Part shown: one piece after another, positions 17,405 through 26,622 of the stretch
Position numbering within the stretch: position 1 is the first letter of the stretch
How the letters are laid out: each line of letters begins with the position of its first letter
NCBI GenBank assembly: GCA_030691865.1
Contig: JAUYDL010000041.1
Location: 758-64,757, forward strand
DNA from: Candidatus Omnitrophota bacterium
Lineage (GTDB): Bacteria; Omnitrophota; Gorgyraeia; Gygaellales; Profunditerraquicolaceae
DNA: 64,000 bases
Direction of reading: 5' to 3'
Made by a program: the position numbers and the translations under genes
The notes under the pieces: generated by a model
The model's database searches: none
What the model saw: only the letters and a program-made list of their open reading frames with translations
Told to the model about the DNA's origin: nothing

Positions 17405-17450
17405 TTGTCTACCTAGACAACACCCGCTCAATACCAATTAGCGCGGGGTG
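17405..17450. repeat. REP-like element copy 2 (palindrome + GC hairpin) directly upstream of the purF RBS
   Basis: ttgtctacctagacaa then cacccgctc...gcgcggggtg. Confidence 0.5.
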
Positions 17451-17613
17451 TTTTAAAAATTTTTCTTAATAAAATTAACTCCGTTTTTAAAAATCTGCAA
17501 ACCATCTTCTCCTTTTTTTAGCTCATCTTTACGTTGATGCTGCGCCGGCCAGCGAAAACGCCGCTGCAGTTTCCTGATCGCAGTTTGTCCCTGCGCTTCT
17601 TAAGACGCAAACC

Positions 17614-18282
17614 TTAGGCTTTAGCGTAAAATTTCTTGATTGCTCGCGCTACCTCTTTAGGCTCATCAACTAAAATAAACAAATCCATGTCCTCTTGATC
17701 AATATTGCCATGGTTATAAACTGTTTTCTTCAACCACTCTAATAGCGGCTTCCAGTATTGGCTGTTAAAAAGAATCACCGGAAATTTAGCAATTCTTTCG
17801 GTCTGAATAAGAGTAATCGCCTCAAAAAATTCATCCAGAGTGCCGTATCCTCCGGGTAAAATTACAAAAGCCTTGGCGTACTTTACAAACATAACCTTAC
17901 GCACAAAGAAATAACGAAAACCTAAAACAGTATCCACATATTTATTGGGCTTCTGTTCGCAAGGAATCTGAATATTAAGGCCGATGGAATGTCCATGCGC
18001 ACGCCGGGCGCCTTTATTGGCTGCCTCCATAAGCCCGGGGCCGCTTCCGGTAATAATCGCATATCCGGCTTTGGCGATATGATATGCCACTTCTTCAGCC
18101 AACTTATAAAATTGAGTATCCGGCTTGCTCCGGGCTGACCCAAAGATAGAAACCGCCTTGCCTACTTTAGAAAGGACCTCAAAGCCATCCACAAACTCCG
18201 ACATGATGCGGAATATCCGCCAGGTATCCTCGCTGGTAAAATCATCCTTGAAGTTGATTTTTTTCATCTTTTCACGCCTCAT
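17614..18282 (-). CDS. LOG family protein (nucleotide 5'-monophosphate phosphoribohydrolase)
   Basis: VSIFGSARSK...GSGPGLMEAANKGA...PGGYGTLDEFFE. Confidence 0.8.
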   Translation of the reverse strand: MRREKMKKINFKDDFTSEDTWRIFRIMSEFVDGFEVLSKVGKAVSIFGSARSKPDTQFYKLAEEVAYHIAKAGYAIITGSGPGLMEAANKGARRAHGHSIGLNIQIPCEQKPNKYVDTVLGFRYFFVRKVMFVKYAKAFVILPGGYGTLDEFFEAITLIQTERIAKFPVILFNSQYWKPLLEWLKKTVYNHGNIDQEDMDLFILVDEPKEVARAIKKFYAKA

Positions 18283-18292
18283 TGGTCTTGCG

Positions 18293-20509
18293 TTAATTAT
18301 TAAGGCAATTCTCTAGCGCATTACTCCAGGCCTTATATAATCCATTAACGGGAATATCAATCAAATTGTTAATAATGAGCCGATTGCCGCCCACCCTGCC
18401 GATTGCCGCAAGAGGGGTTTTATTCTTTTTGGCAATCTGCATTATTTTCTTAACATCCTTCTCTTTAGCACTTAAGATAATGCGCGATTGCGACTCGCCG
18501 AACAAAAGGGCGTCTTTTCTTATTTTGTCAGAAACCAGGTTGATTAGGGCGCCTGTTTTTTTCTTGGGACTGCTGATGCAGCATTCCGCTAAGGCAACTG
18601 CCAGGCCGCCCTCAGAGCAGTCATGCGCCGAGCGCACCAACCCCTTTTCAATCGCCTCTAATGCGGTTTTTTGCACGCTCTTTTCCAATTTTAAGTCAAT
18701 TACCGGGCACTTCCCTTTTTTAAGGCCATAGACAGTCTTAAGGTATTCGCTTCCGCCTAATTCTTCTTTATTTTTACCGAGTAATAAAATTACATCCCCG
18801 GAATTTTTAAAATATTGACTGGTAATTTTGGAACGGTCCTTAATCAACCCTACCATTCCGACAATAAGAGTAGGATCAACTGAACCCTTAGGGTTCTCGT
18901 TATTGAAACTCACGTTTCCGCTTACTACCGGCGTATTCAAGGCCCGGCAAGCAGCAGAGATTCCCAAAACGGTCTGCCTAAATTGCCAGAAGACTTCCGG
19001 ATTTTTAGGATTGCCATAGTTTACACCGTCGGTAATCGCCAAAGGTTTAGCTCCGGAACAGACTAAATTTCGCGCTGCCTCAGCCACAGAAATTTCACCG
19101 CCGCGAAAAGGATCCAGATAGCAATAAGTAGAATTGCAATCCGTAGTCGCCGCCACCGCCTTCTTTGAGCCTGATACCGCTACCACTCCGGCATCAGAGC
19201 CTGGAGCCAATAAAACATTTTTCGCCACCTTGGGGTCAGCGTGCTTAAAAACCCAACCCTTGCTGGCGATAGAAGGATTACCTAGTAGCTTCAAGAGTAT
19301 CCCGTTACAATTTTTGGGCTTCTTGATACTTGCCAGATTTAACTTATTTACTTTAGCCAAATATTTTGGCCGGGCAGCCTTGCGATGATAAACCGGGGCT
19401 TCTACTAATGCCGCAGCCGGAACTTCAGCAACCACTATACCATTCTCTCTCACCCGTACCATCCCGTCGTCGGTTACGTGCCCGATGAGGTCTACCGGCA
19501 CATTCCATTTGGCAAAAATTTTCTCTACCGCTTCGAGTTTATCCTTTTCTACAATCACTAACATCCTTTCCTGGGATTCAGAGAGCATTACTTCATAAGC
19601 ATTCATCCCTTCTTCTTTACGCGGCACTAAGGCAATGTCGATTTCTATTCCGGTCTTGGCCTTATAAGAAGTCTCGGAGGTAGAGCAAATAAGCCCGGCA
19701 GCGCCCATATCCTGCATACCAAGGGCTAATTTTTTCTGCATTAGTTCTAAACAAGCTTCCCTTAAAATTTTTCCCATCTTAGGGTCGCCGATAGCAACCG
19801 CGGAACTATTTTTAGCCGCTTCTTCGTCTATTGCAACAGAAGCAAAAGCTGCGCCTGCCACACCATCCCTACCCGTGGGGCCACCGACAATTAAAACCAA
19901 ATTACCGACGCCGGTAGCGCGAGCCTTTACGATCTCCTTGTTCTTCAATATACCTAAGGTCATAGCATTTACCAAGGGATTACCTTCGTAAGATTCGTCG
20001 AAATAATTCTCACCTCCCAAAACCGGAATTCCCACAACATTGGCATAATCGGTAAAACCGCGTATAATATTCTTGAACAGAAATTTTACTTTTGGTTTAT
20101 CCAACTTGCCTAATCGCAAAGAATCCAGTAGCCCAATCGGACGCGCGCCCATAGTAAAGATATCCCGGATACATCCGCCGCCGCCGGTGGCTGAAGCCGC
20201 ATACGGCTCAACTGCAGAAGGATGATTGTGCGATTCAATTTTAAAAGCAACTCCAAGACCATCGCCGATATCTACTACTCCGGCATTTTCTCCCGGCCCC
20301 TGAATAACCTGTTTTCCTTTTGTCGGAAAAAGCTTAAGCACGGGTTTTGAATTTTTATAAGAACAGTGCTCGCTCCACATCGCGGAAAATAAACCCAGTT
20401 CTGTATAATTAGGTTCCCGGCCAAGGCGCTTTTTGATTATTTCGTATTCTTCCATGGTCAGGCCTTCTTTTTCAATTACCTCTTTGGTGATTACGGTTTC
20501 ATCTAACAT
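18293..20509 (-). CDS. purL: phosphoribosylformylglycinamidine synthase subunit PurL
   Basis: 738 aa, PurM-like repeats. Confidence 0.9.
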   Translation of the reverse strand: MLDETVITKEVIEKEGLTMEEYEIIKKRLGREPNYTELGLFSAMWSEHCSYKNSKPVLKLFPTKGKQVIQGPGENAGVVDIGDGLGVAFKIESHNHPSAVEPYAASATGGGGCIRDIFTMGARPIGLLDSLRLGKLDKPKVKFLFKNIIRGFTDYANVVGIPVLGGENYFDESYEGNPLVNAMTLGILKNKEIVKARATGVGNLVLIVGGPTGRDGVAGAAFASVAIDEEAAKNSSAVAIGDPKMGKILREACLELMQKKLALGMQDMGAAGLICSTSETSYKAKTGIEIDIALVPRKEEGMNAYEVMLSESQERMLVIVEKDKLEAVEKIFAKWNVPVDLIGHVTDDGMVRVRENGIVVAEVPAAALVEAPVYHRKAARPKYLAKVNKLNLASIKKPKNCNGILLKLLGNPSIASKGWVFKHADPKVAKNVLLAPGSDAGVVAVSGSKKAVAATTDCNSTYCYLDPFRGGEISVAEAARNLVCSGAKPLAITDGVNYGNPKNPEVFWQFRQTVLGISAACRALNTPVVSGNVSFNNENPKGSVDPTLIVGMVGLIKDRSKITSQYFKNSGDVILLLGKNKEELGGSEYLKTVYGLKKGKCPVIDLKLEKSVQKTALEAIEKGLVRSAHDCSEGGLAVALAECCISSPKKKTGALINLVSDKIRKDALLFGESQSRIILSAKEKDVKKIMQIAKKNKTPLAAIGRVGGNRLIINNLIDIPVNGLYKAWSNALENCLNN

Positions 20510-20690
20510 TGCTATTCCTTTCTTTTTTTATCAATAAAACTCCCGAAAAAATGAAAACTCTACCTCTCTTTTACTGCTTCTTTGCAGTAAATGCATTTAT
20601 CTCTACGCCATTGTAGAAATATTTTTACTACCCAGATTCTTGTACCATATCAATATGATTTAGAAAATTTTGGTAGGGATGACAAAAATT

Positions 20691-21983
20691 CTATAACCCG
20701 ACCCTTAAGAAAATCGTATTTACATTGCGCAAGTAATAGTTTAAATCAAATATTTTATCCAGCTCTTTTTCAGTCAAGTATTTAGAGGCATCTTTATCCA
20801 AGAGCAGGATATCCTTAAAATCTATGCCGTCTTTCCACGTCTTCATGGCACAACGCTGCACAATATCATAAGCTTTGGGGCGAGGCATGCCGCGATCCAT
20901 AAGGCTTAAAAGCACCCTTTGCGAGAATATCAAACCCTTAGTCTTAATTAAGTTTGCCATCATATGCTCAGTATAAACATTTAAACCTTCAATCACCTGA
21001 ATAAATTTATTAAGCATATAATCTAAGGCCAAGGTTGAATCAGGCATAATCACCCGCTCAACAGATGAATGCGATATATCGCGTTCATGCCATAAAGCGA
21101 CATTCTCCATTGCAGCAAGAGCATTGCCTCGTAAGAGGCGTGATAGTCCGCAGATACGCTCGCAGATAACCGGATTGCGTTTATGCGGCATAGCCGAAGA
21201 ACCCTTTTGGCCTTTGCCAAACGGTTCTTCTACCTCCAAAACCTCGGTGCGCTGCAAATGCCTTATCTCAGTGGCGAATTTCTCCAGGCTTGACCCGATA
21301 ATCGCAATTTTCGCCATATATACGGCATAAATATCTCTCTGGATTATTTGGGTAGAAATTTTCGCCGGCCTAAGGCCCAATTTTTGACAGATATAACTTT
21401 CTACCTTGGGATCAATATTAGCGAATGTCCCAACAGCGCCCGAGACCTTACCAACTGAAACCTCATCCTTCGCCAGCTTAAAACGCTCTAAATTACGCTG
21501 CATCTCATCATACCAAAGCGCGAGTTTTAAACCAAACGTAGTCGGCTCAGCATGTACACCATGGGTGCGGCCAATACAAGCTGTATCCTTATAAATCTTG
21601 GCTTTTTTAGCCAGCGCCTTAAGCAACCTATTTATATCGTCAACCAAAATCTCCGCGGCTGCTTTTAATTGCACGCCAAGTGTAGTATCCAGGATATCAG
21701 AAGAAGTTAACCCAAGATGCAGGTATTTGGCATCGCTACCTATATATTGGGCTACATTAGTGACAAATGCCACTACATCATGTTGTGTTTTTTCTTCAAT
21801 CTTCTTGATTTGGGCTAAATTAAACTTGGCTTTTTTGCGGATTCTCTTTATTGCCTGCGGCGGGACTTTTTTAAGTTTAACTAATGCCTCTAAAGCGAGT
21901 ATCTCAATGGCAAGCATAGTCTTAAACTTAAACTCCTCCTGCCAGATACTCTTCATTTGCGGCAGGCTGTAACGTTCAATCAT
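20691..21983 (-). CDS. purB: adenylosuccinate lyase
   Basis: Fumarate lyase family. AGGAGG RBS upstream. Confidence 0.9.
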   Translation of the reverse strand: MIERYSLPQMKSIWQEEFKFKTMLAIEILALEALVKLKKVPPQAIKRIRKKAKFNLAQIKKIEEKTQHDVVAFVTNVAQYIGSDAKYLHLGLTSSDILDTTLGVQLKAAAEILVDDINRLLKALAKKAKIYKDTACIGRTHGVHAEPTTFGLKLALWYDEMQRNLERFKLAKDEVSVGKVSGAVGTFANIDPKVESYICQKLGLRPAKISTQIIQRDIYAVYMAKIAIIGSSLEKFATEIRHLQRTEVLEVEEPFGKGQKGSSAMPHKRNPVICERICGLSRLLRGNALAAMENVALWHERDISHSSVERVIMPDSTLALDYMLNKFIQVIEGLNVYTEHMMANLIKTKGLIFSQRVLLSLMDRGMPRPKAYDIVQRCAMKTWKDGIDFKDILLLDKDASKYLTEKELDKIFDLNYYLRNVNTIFLRVGL

Positions 21984-22016
21984 TGCGAGGCTTCCTCCTA
22001 TCTTTTGAAGAATTAA

Positions 22017-22045
22017 TTATAGCAAAAAAAACGCCATTTAGCAAA
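22017..22045 (-). promoter_or_regulatory. sigma70-like promoter for purB (-35 TTGCTA, 17-nt spacer, -10 TATAAT)
   Basis: Minus strand reads TTGCTAaatggcgttttttttgcTATAAT, about 30 nt before the AGGAGG RBS. Confidence 0.5.
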
Positions 22046-22050
22046 CAAAA

Positions 22051-22119
22051 AATGGGTAAAAAAATGGGTAAAAAAAGAGGGGGGACGTTTCCCTTCCGCC
22101 TTGAAGGGAAACGTCCCCT
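22051..22119. repeat. duplicated module: GC hairpin + T-run + two phased (T)nACCC repeats. The second copy is at 38175..38270
   Basis: gggtaaaaaaatgggtaaaaaaagag + ggggacgtttcccttccgccttgaagggaaacgtcccc. It is near-identical to the module upstream of the giant gene. Confidence 0.5.
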
Positions 22120-22227
22120 ATTTTAAGAAAAATCTAACAAAACTATTTAATTAGTAATTAGGGAAAACATTGTTGCAATCTGGCTATTTTGTTTTATAAT
22201 TAATGAATATAACGAAAGGATCAAAAA

Positions 22228-23349
22228 ATGTTAAAAATTTTACGCAATAAAAAAATAGCAAAAAAAATCTGGATTGGGCTGGCCGTAATTATTATTCCGG
22301 CATTTGCTCTCTGGGGTTTTGGAGGAGCAAGCCGCGACCGGCAAGAGGCCACTATAGCCGGAAAGATTTTTGGCAAGAATATCACAAATTTAGAGTTTAG
22401 AAGCTCCCTAGTCGCCGTAAGGACCATGGCGATTATGCAATTCGGCGACAAGCTCCCGGAGATCGAAAAATATTTAAATTTCCAAGGCCAGGCCTGGGAA
22501 AGATTAATCCTTTTACATGAAGCAAAAATGCGCCGAATCAACGTAAAGGATAAAGAAGTTATTGAAGAAATTCAGAATGCGCCATATTTTCAGGTTAAAA
22601 ACGGTTTTAGCAATAAAATTTATCAGGAAGCCCTGCGCTACGTCCTGCGCTTACAGGCGCGTATCTTTGAAGAACAGACACGCCAGAATTTAATCCTGGC
22701 TAAACTATACAATCAAATTACCCAAAACCTAAATTTGAGCGATGACCAGATTCATCAGGAATACCTAAAAGCTAATGAAGAATTAAATATTTATTACATT
22801 GCCAGCCTCTTTTTGGAATTTGCCAAAACTATCAAACCCAGTGAGAAAGAAATCAGCAGTTACTTTGAGCAGAATAAAGCCAGGTTTAAGGAACCGCCAA
22901 CTAAGGATAAGCCCACGCGTATCCCGGAGTTAGCAGAAATAAAGGATAAGGTTAGAGATACCTTAATCAATGAAACCGCCAAAGAAATTGCTCAGAAAAA
23001 AATAAATGAATGCGCAGAGAAATTAAAACAGATGGAATTTAATCAGGCCGCCGCCTTTTGCGGCCTAAAAAGCGCAGAAACTGATTTCTTCAAATCTAAC
23101 GGCACAATTGAAAATTTGGGGACAGCCCGGATTTTCTGGGATAGCGCTAAAAAATTAAAGGATAAAGAGCTGAGCAGTATAATCTCTAACGACCAAGGCT
23201 GCTACATCATAAAACTTAAATCCCTTAAACCTATCGATGAAAACAAATTCCTTAAAGAAAAGGAAAGTTTCTCCCAAAGATTATTATCCGCCAGGAAAAA
23301 CGAACTCTTCGCTGAATTCATTGACCAACTAAAGAAAAAGGCGCAATAA
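22228..23349 (+). CDS. periplasmic peptidyl-prolyl isomerase / chaperone, PpiD-SurA-like (N-terminal TM, C-terminal parvulin)
   Basis: N-terminal membrane anchor, SurA_N-like region and a C-terminal parvulin-like segment. It is the only plus-strand gene. Confidence 0.6.
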   Translation: MLKILRNKKIAKKIWIGLAVIIIPAFALWGFGGASRDRQEATIAGKIFGKNITNLEFRSSLVAVRTMAIMQFGDKLPEIEKYLNFQGQAWERLILLHEAKMRRINVKDKEVIEEIQNAPYFQVKNGFSNKIYQEALRYVLRLQARIFEEQTRQNLILAKLYNQITQNLNLSDDQIHQEYLKANEELNIYYIASLFLEFAKTIKPSEKEISSYFEQNKARFKEPPTKDKPTRIPELAEIKDKVRDTLINETAKEIAQKKINECAEKLKQMEFNQAAAFCGLKSAETDFFKSNGTIENLGTARIFWDSAKKLKDKELSSIISNDQGCYIIKLKSLKPIDENKFLKEKESFSQRLLSARKNELFAEFIDQLKKKAQ

Positions 23350-23423
23350 AATTTATTGCGCCCTTAGAACTGCTTAATAATTGGGGTCAAATAATTGGGG
23401 TCAGATTTATTTTTTCAATTATT

Positions 23424-23606
23424 TTAGCCTACTTTTATGGAATTAACCGGACAGGAGTCCGCTACTTCCTGCAAATTACAAGATGTAGAAACCTGCGACT
23501 TGACATGGGCAACCCCATCACCCTGCACCTCAAAAATATCCGGGCATGACTGTTCGCATAAACCGCAACCCACACATGTAGAAGCATCAACGGTAACCTT
23601 GGCCAT
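23424..23606 (-). CDS. ferredoxin (4Fe-4S)
   Basis: CVGCGLCEQSCP ... C..CP, 60 aa. Confidence 0.75.
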   Translation of the reverse strand: MAKVTVDASTCVGCGLCEQSCPDIFEVQGDGVAHVKSQVSTSCNLQEVADSCPVNSIKVG

Positions 23607-23618
23607 ATTATCTCCCTA

Positions 23619-24098
23619 TTATCTTTCTAAAAGGTTTTCAAACATCTCTTCATGATCTACTTCTTCACTCAATATATGGGTAACTAACTGGTAAGTCACA
23701 TTGTCTTTACCAAATGTCTTCTTAGCCAGTTTATTATAAACTTCGATTGCCCCTGCCTCTGCTTCTGCTACGATACGGATAATCCGATTAATATCGGCGG
23801 TATTTTTCGGGGGCACTAAATATGCGGCGTTAGCTCCCTTTTCTAAATCCATAGGGTTAGCAACCGGGAGATCCCCTAGCTTGGTAATTAAATCCGCTAA
23901 TTCCGCGGCATGCTCTAATTCATCTTTAGCTAACTTTTCCAGCATCTCCTTGGTATCTTCATAAGCCCGTCCGGAAACAGTTTGAGCCATATACCAGTAA
24001 AGATAAAATGCCAACCATTCATCACAATATGCCTTGTTTAAATCCTTAACCAGATCCTTTAAACTTAAATCCGCTATTGCCCTTGCTTGTTTTCCCAT
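23619..24098 (-). CDS. bacterioferritin-like / ferritin-like diiron protein
   Basis: Two E..H diiron motifs (ELEHAAELAD, EEVDHEEMFENLL) and overall Bfr-like helix pattern. Confidence 0.6.
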   Translation of the reverse strand: MGKQARAIADLSLKDLVKDLNKAYCDEWLAFYLYWYMAQTVSGRAYEDTKEMLEKLAKDELEHAAELADLITKLGDLPVANPMDLEKGANAAYLVPPKNTADINRIIRIVAEAEAGAIEVYNKLAKKTFGKDNVTYQLVTHILSEEVDHEEMFENLLER

Positions 24099-24140
24099 AT
24101 TTTATCCTCCCCTCCCTGCCTGCCGTCAGGCAGGCTTACC

Positions 24141-25019
24141 TTAAGCCTCCAGCTTCAAATTGTACTTCTTTATATTATTATCCGCAATCTCCTGAATTTT
24201 TTTGATCTCTTCAGGATTATCGAGGAGATGTTTAAATCTACCCTGGCTCTTTAAATATTCTTGGACCGGCTTGGGAACAATCTGCTTACGATTAGCTAAA
24301 ACGCCATTTTCATATTCAAACAAAGGATAAAGGCCGGTCTCGACTGCTAATTTTGCTACCGTTAACATCTGGTTTGTTTCATGGCGCCAGCCTAAAGGAC
24401 AAGGCACATGCACCTGAATATATTTGGGCCCTTTGATCGAGATAGCCTTCTTTACTTTGCGCGTTAAATCCTGCGGAAAACCCGCGGAAGCCGTTGCCAC
24501 ATAAGGAATGCCATGTGCAAGAGCAATCTCAGGCATAGGTTTTTTAGGTCGGAAGTTGCCGATAGATTGCTTCCCCGGCGGCGATGTGGTGGTGTTTGTG
24601 CCGTAAGGCGTGAGGCCGCTTCTTTGAATTCCCGTATTTTCATATGCCTCATTATCAAAGCAAATATATAAAATATCATGCCCGCGCTCAAGCATGCCGG
24701 ATAATGCCTGCAACCCTATATCTGCGGTGCCCCCGTCTCCGCCCTGGGCAATCACATTAATCGTATCTTTTTTACCTAAATATATCAGCGCTGCCTCGAT
24801 ACCCGAAGCAACCGCCGCGGAATTTTCAAACAAAGAATGAATCCATGGTACCCCCCAGGCAGTTTCCGGATATTTGGCAGAAAAAACCTCCAGACAACCG
24901 GTATTATTGGCAATAATCGTATTTGCCCCGGCCGCTTCAACCACTAAACGCGCAGCAATCGCCTGGCCGCAGCCAGCGCAAGCAGTATGTCCGGATTTAA
25001 ATAAAGGGCTATTTTCCAT
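24141..25019 (-). CDS. 2-oxoacid:ferredoxin oxidoreductase beta subunit (TPP-binding, PorB/VorB-like)
   Basis: [10 protein letters not shown] ... [10 protein letters not shown]. Confidence 0.85.
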   Translation of the reverse strand: MENSPLFKSGHTACAGCGQAIAARLVVEAAGANTIIANNTGCLEVFSAKYPETAWGVPWIHSLFENSAAVASGIEAALIYLGKKDTINVIAQGGDGGTADIGLQALSGMLERGHDILYICFDNEAYENTGIQRSGLTPYGTNTTTSPPGKQSIGNFRPKKPMPEIALAHGIPYVATASAGFPQDLTRKVKKAISIKGPKYIQVHVPCPLGWRHETNQMLTVAKLAVETGLYPLFEYENGVLANRKQIVPKPVQEYLKSQGRFKHLLDNPEEIKKIQEIADNNIKKYNLKLEA

Positions 25020-25023
25020 ATTC

Positions 25024-25069
25024 TTGTCTACCTAGACAACACCGGCGCAATTCCAATTAGCTCCGGGTG
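25024..25069. repeat. REP-like element copy 3, overlapping the last codons of the oxidoreductase alpha gene and abutting the beta-gene start
   Basis: ttgtctacctagacaa then caccggcgc...gctccgggtg. The arm encodes EDTRS-stop of the alpha subunit. Confidence 0.5.
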
Positions 25070-26244
25070 TCTTCCTTAAGTAACTCTGGCTTTAAATCTA
25101 TGAAATCAGAATTAACTTCCTTAGCCGTTAATCTTCTAAATACTTCATGTATCGATTCTAAAGTTATATCTCTTCCTCCTAAACCACCCACAAAACTGCT
25201 GATTACTTTCGGGCCTTTCTTTTTGCCATAAAATGCCGCCTTCATCTCCACAGCAATCGGCGCATAAGCTCCTAAAGAAACTGCTTTATCTAAAACCGCG
25301 ACCCTGGGCACATCTTTTAATGCTTCATAAACCCTGGCGTAGGGAAATGGACGATAGGTAATGATACGCAGGAGCCCGACCTTTTTTCCTTTGGCGCGCT
25401 GTTCATCCACCGCTTCCTTGATCGTGCCGCAAACTGAACCCATCGCGACAATCACTTTATCGGCATCCTTAGTTTGATATTCTTCGACCAGTAAATCTTT
25501 ATAATCCCGGCCAAAAACCGCATTAAACTCCCGGCTGATTTCGGATAAATAGCCTAACGACGCTTTCATGGTTTCCTGAATGGCAAATCGTGTTTCCATA
25601 TAATAATCCGGATCAGCTAAAAGCCCCATGGAGATAGGCTCCGCCGGGTCTAATTTATACAAAGGATTATAATTGGGCAAAAATTTATTTACTTTATCCT
25701 GCTCCGGAATATCCACTGTTTCCATGCCGTGGGTTAGTATAAAACCATCCATACAGACCATTACCGGCAACATCACCCGTTTATCTTCGGCTAAGCGATA
25801 ACCAATCAGGTGAAAATCCACTGCCTCCTGGTTATCCTCGGCGTAAATTTGGAACCATCCGGCATCACGCAAAGATATAGAATCCTGCTGGTCATTCCAG
25901 ATATTTATCGGGGCGCTTATTGCGCGGTTGGCGCAGGTCATCACCACCGGCAGGCGCATTCCGGCGATATTAAAAATTACCTCCTGCATATAGAATAACC
26001 CCTGGGAACTGGTGGCGGTATAAACCCGCACACCGGTAGCCGAAGCACCTAAAACTACCGAAGCAGCAGAATGCTCACTTTCGACATTAACAAACTGCGC
26101 CTTAAGCTCGCCATTGGCTACAATCTGAGCCAGATCTTCAACAATATGTGTCTGAGGTGTTATGGGATAGGCAGAAATTACCCCCGGCTGGCAGGCCTTT
26201 ATAATTTGCGCTACCGCGTGTGAACCCTCTACAAATTCTTTCAT
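25057..26244 (-). CDS. 2-oxoacid:ferredoxin oxidoreductase alpha subunit
   Basis: PorA/VorA homology throughout. Confidence 0.85.
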   Translation of the reverse strand: MKEFVEGSHAVAQIIKACQPGVISAYPITPQTHIVEDLAQIVANGELKAQFVNVESEHSAASVVLGASATGVRVYTATSSQGLFYMQEVIFNIAGMRLPVVMTCANRAISAPINIWNDQQDSISLRDAGWFQIYAEDNQEAVDFHLIGYRLAEDKRVMLPVMVCMDGFILTHGMETVDIPEQDKVNKFLPNYNPLYKLDPAEPISMGLLADPDYYMETRFAIQETMKASLGYLSEISREFNAVFGRDYKDLLVEEYQTKDADKVIVAMGSVCGTIKEAVDEQRAKGKKVGLLRIITYRPFPYARVYEALKDVPRVAVLDKAVSLGAYAPIAVEMKAAFYGKKKGPKVISSFVGGLGGRDITLESIHEVFRRLTAKEVNSDFIDLKPELLKEDTRS

Positions 26245-26513
26245 TTATCTTCACCCTTGGATTCTTCGACAACCATGGCAATATCTTTTTTAGGACAAAT
26301 ATCCGCGCATACTCCACACCCCTTGCAGAAATTGTAATCCGTCCAAAAAGCGTTCTTCTCTTTTCCGTGCACGCAGCCTTCCGGACAAATTATCAAACAC
26401 ATCCGGCAGGCAATACAGTCCTTATGTAAATAATGCGGCCGAAGCTGGGTTCTCCAGCTGCCGGTTTTGTCACCCTTACTCTCTGATGGTTTTACGGTTA
26501 ACGGCCCGAACAT
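26241..26513 (-). CDS. 2-oxoacid:ferredoxin oxidoreductase delta subunit (2x[4Fe-4S])
   Basis: CIACRMCLIICPEG ... CKGCGVCADICP. ATGA overlap with the alpha gene. Confidence 0.8.
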   Translation of the reverse strand: MFGPLTVKPSESKGDKTGSWRTQLRPHYLHKDCIACRMCLIICPEGCVHGKEKNAFWTDYNFCKGCGVCADICPKKDIAMVVEESKGEDK

Positions 26514-26622
26514 TAATTTGCCCTCTAATTTTTGTTAGCAAATTACCCCGCAGCCTGCAGTGAAAATATCGAAAAGATTTTCACTGCGTTTAGGCAAGGG
26601 GTAACGTTCTTATTTTCAAGCT

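Noticed and set aside
16528-18143. Small minus-strand ORFs 16528..16722 and 17922..18143
   Set aside because: They are out-of-frame overlaps within purF and the LOG gene respectively, with no independent support.
22221-22541. 106-aa minus-strand ORF overlapping the start of the PpiD-like gene
   Set aside because: It is the antisense frame of a gene with a clear signal anchor and domain structure. It would begin inside the purB promoter cassette and has no RBS.
5976-25069. Idea that TTGTCTACCTAGACAA is a PurR-type operator for purine/one-carbon genes (found before glyA and purF)
   Set aside because: The third copy precedes the oxidoreductase beta gene. purE, purD, purM, purL and purB lack it. 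The attached GC hairpin also occurs alone. So a REP-like mobile or structural element is the more economical explanation, though an operator role is not excluded.
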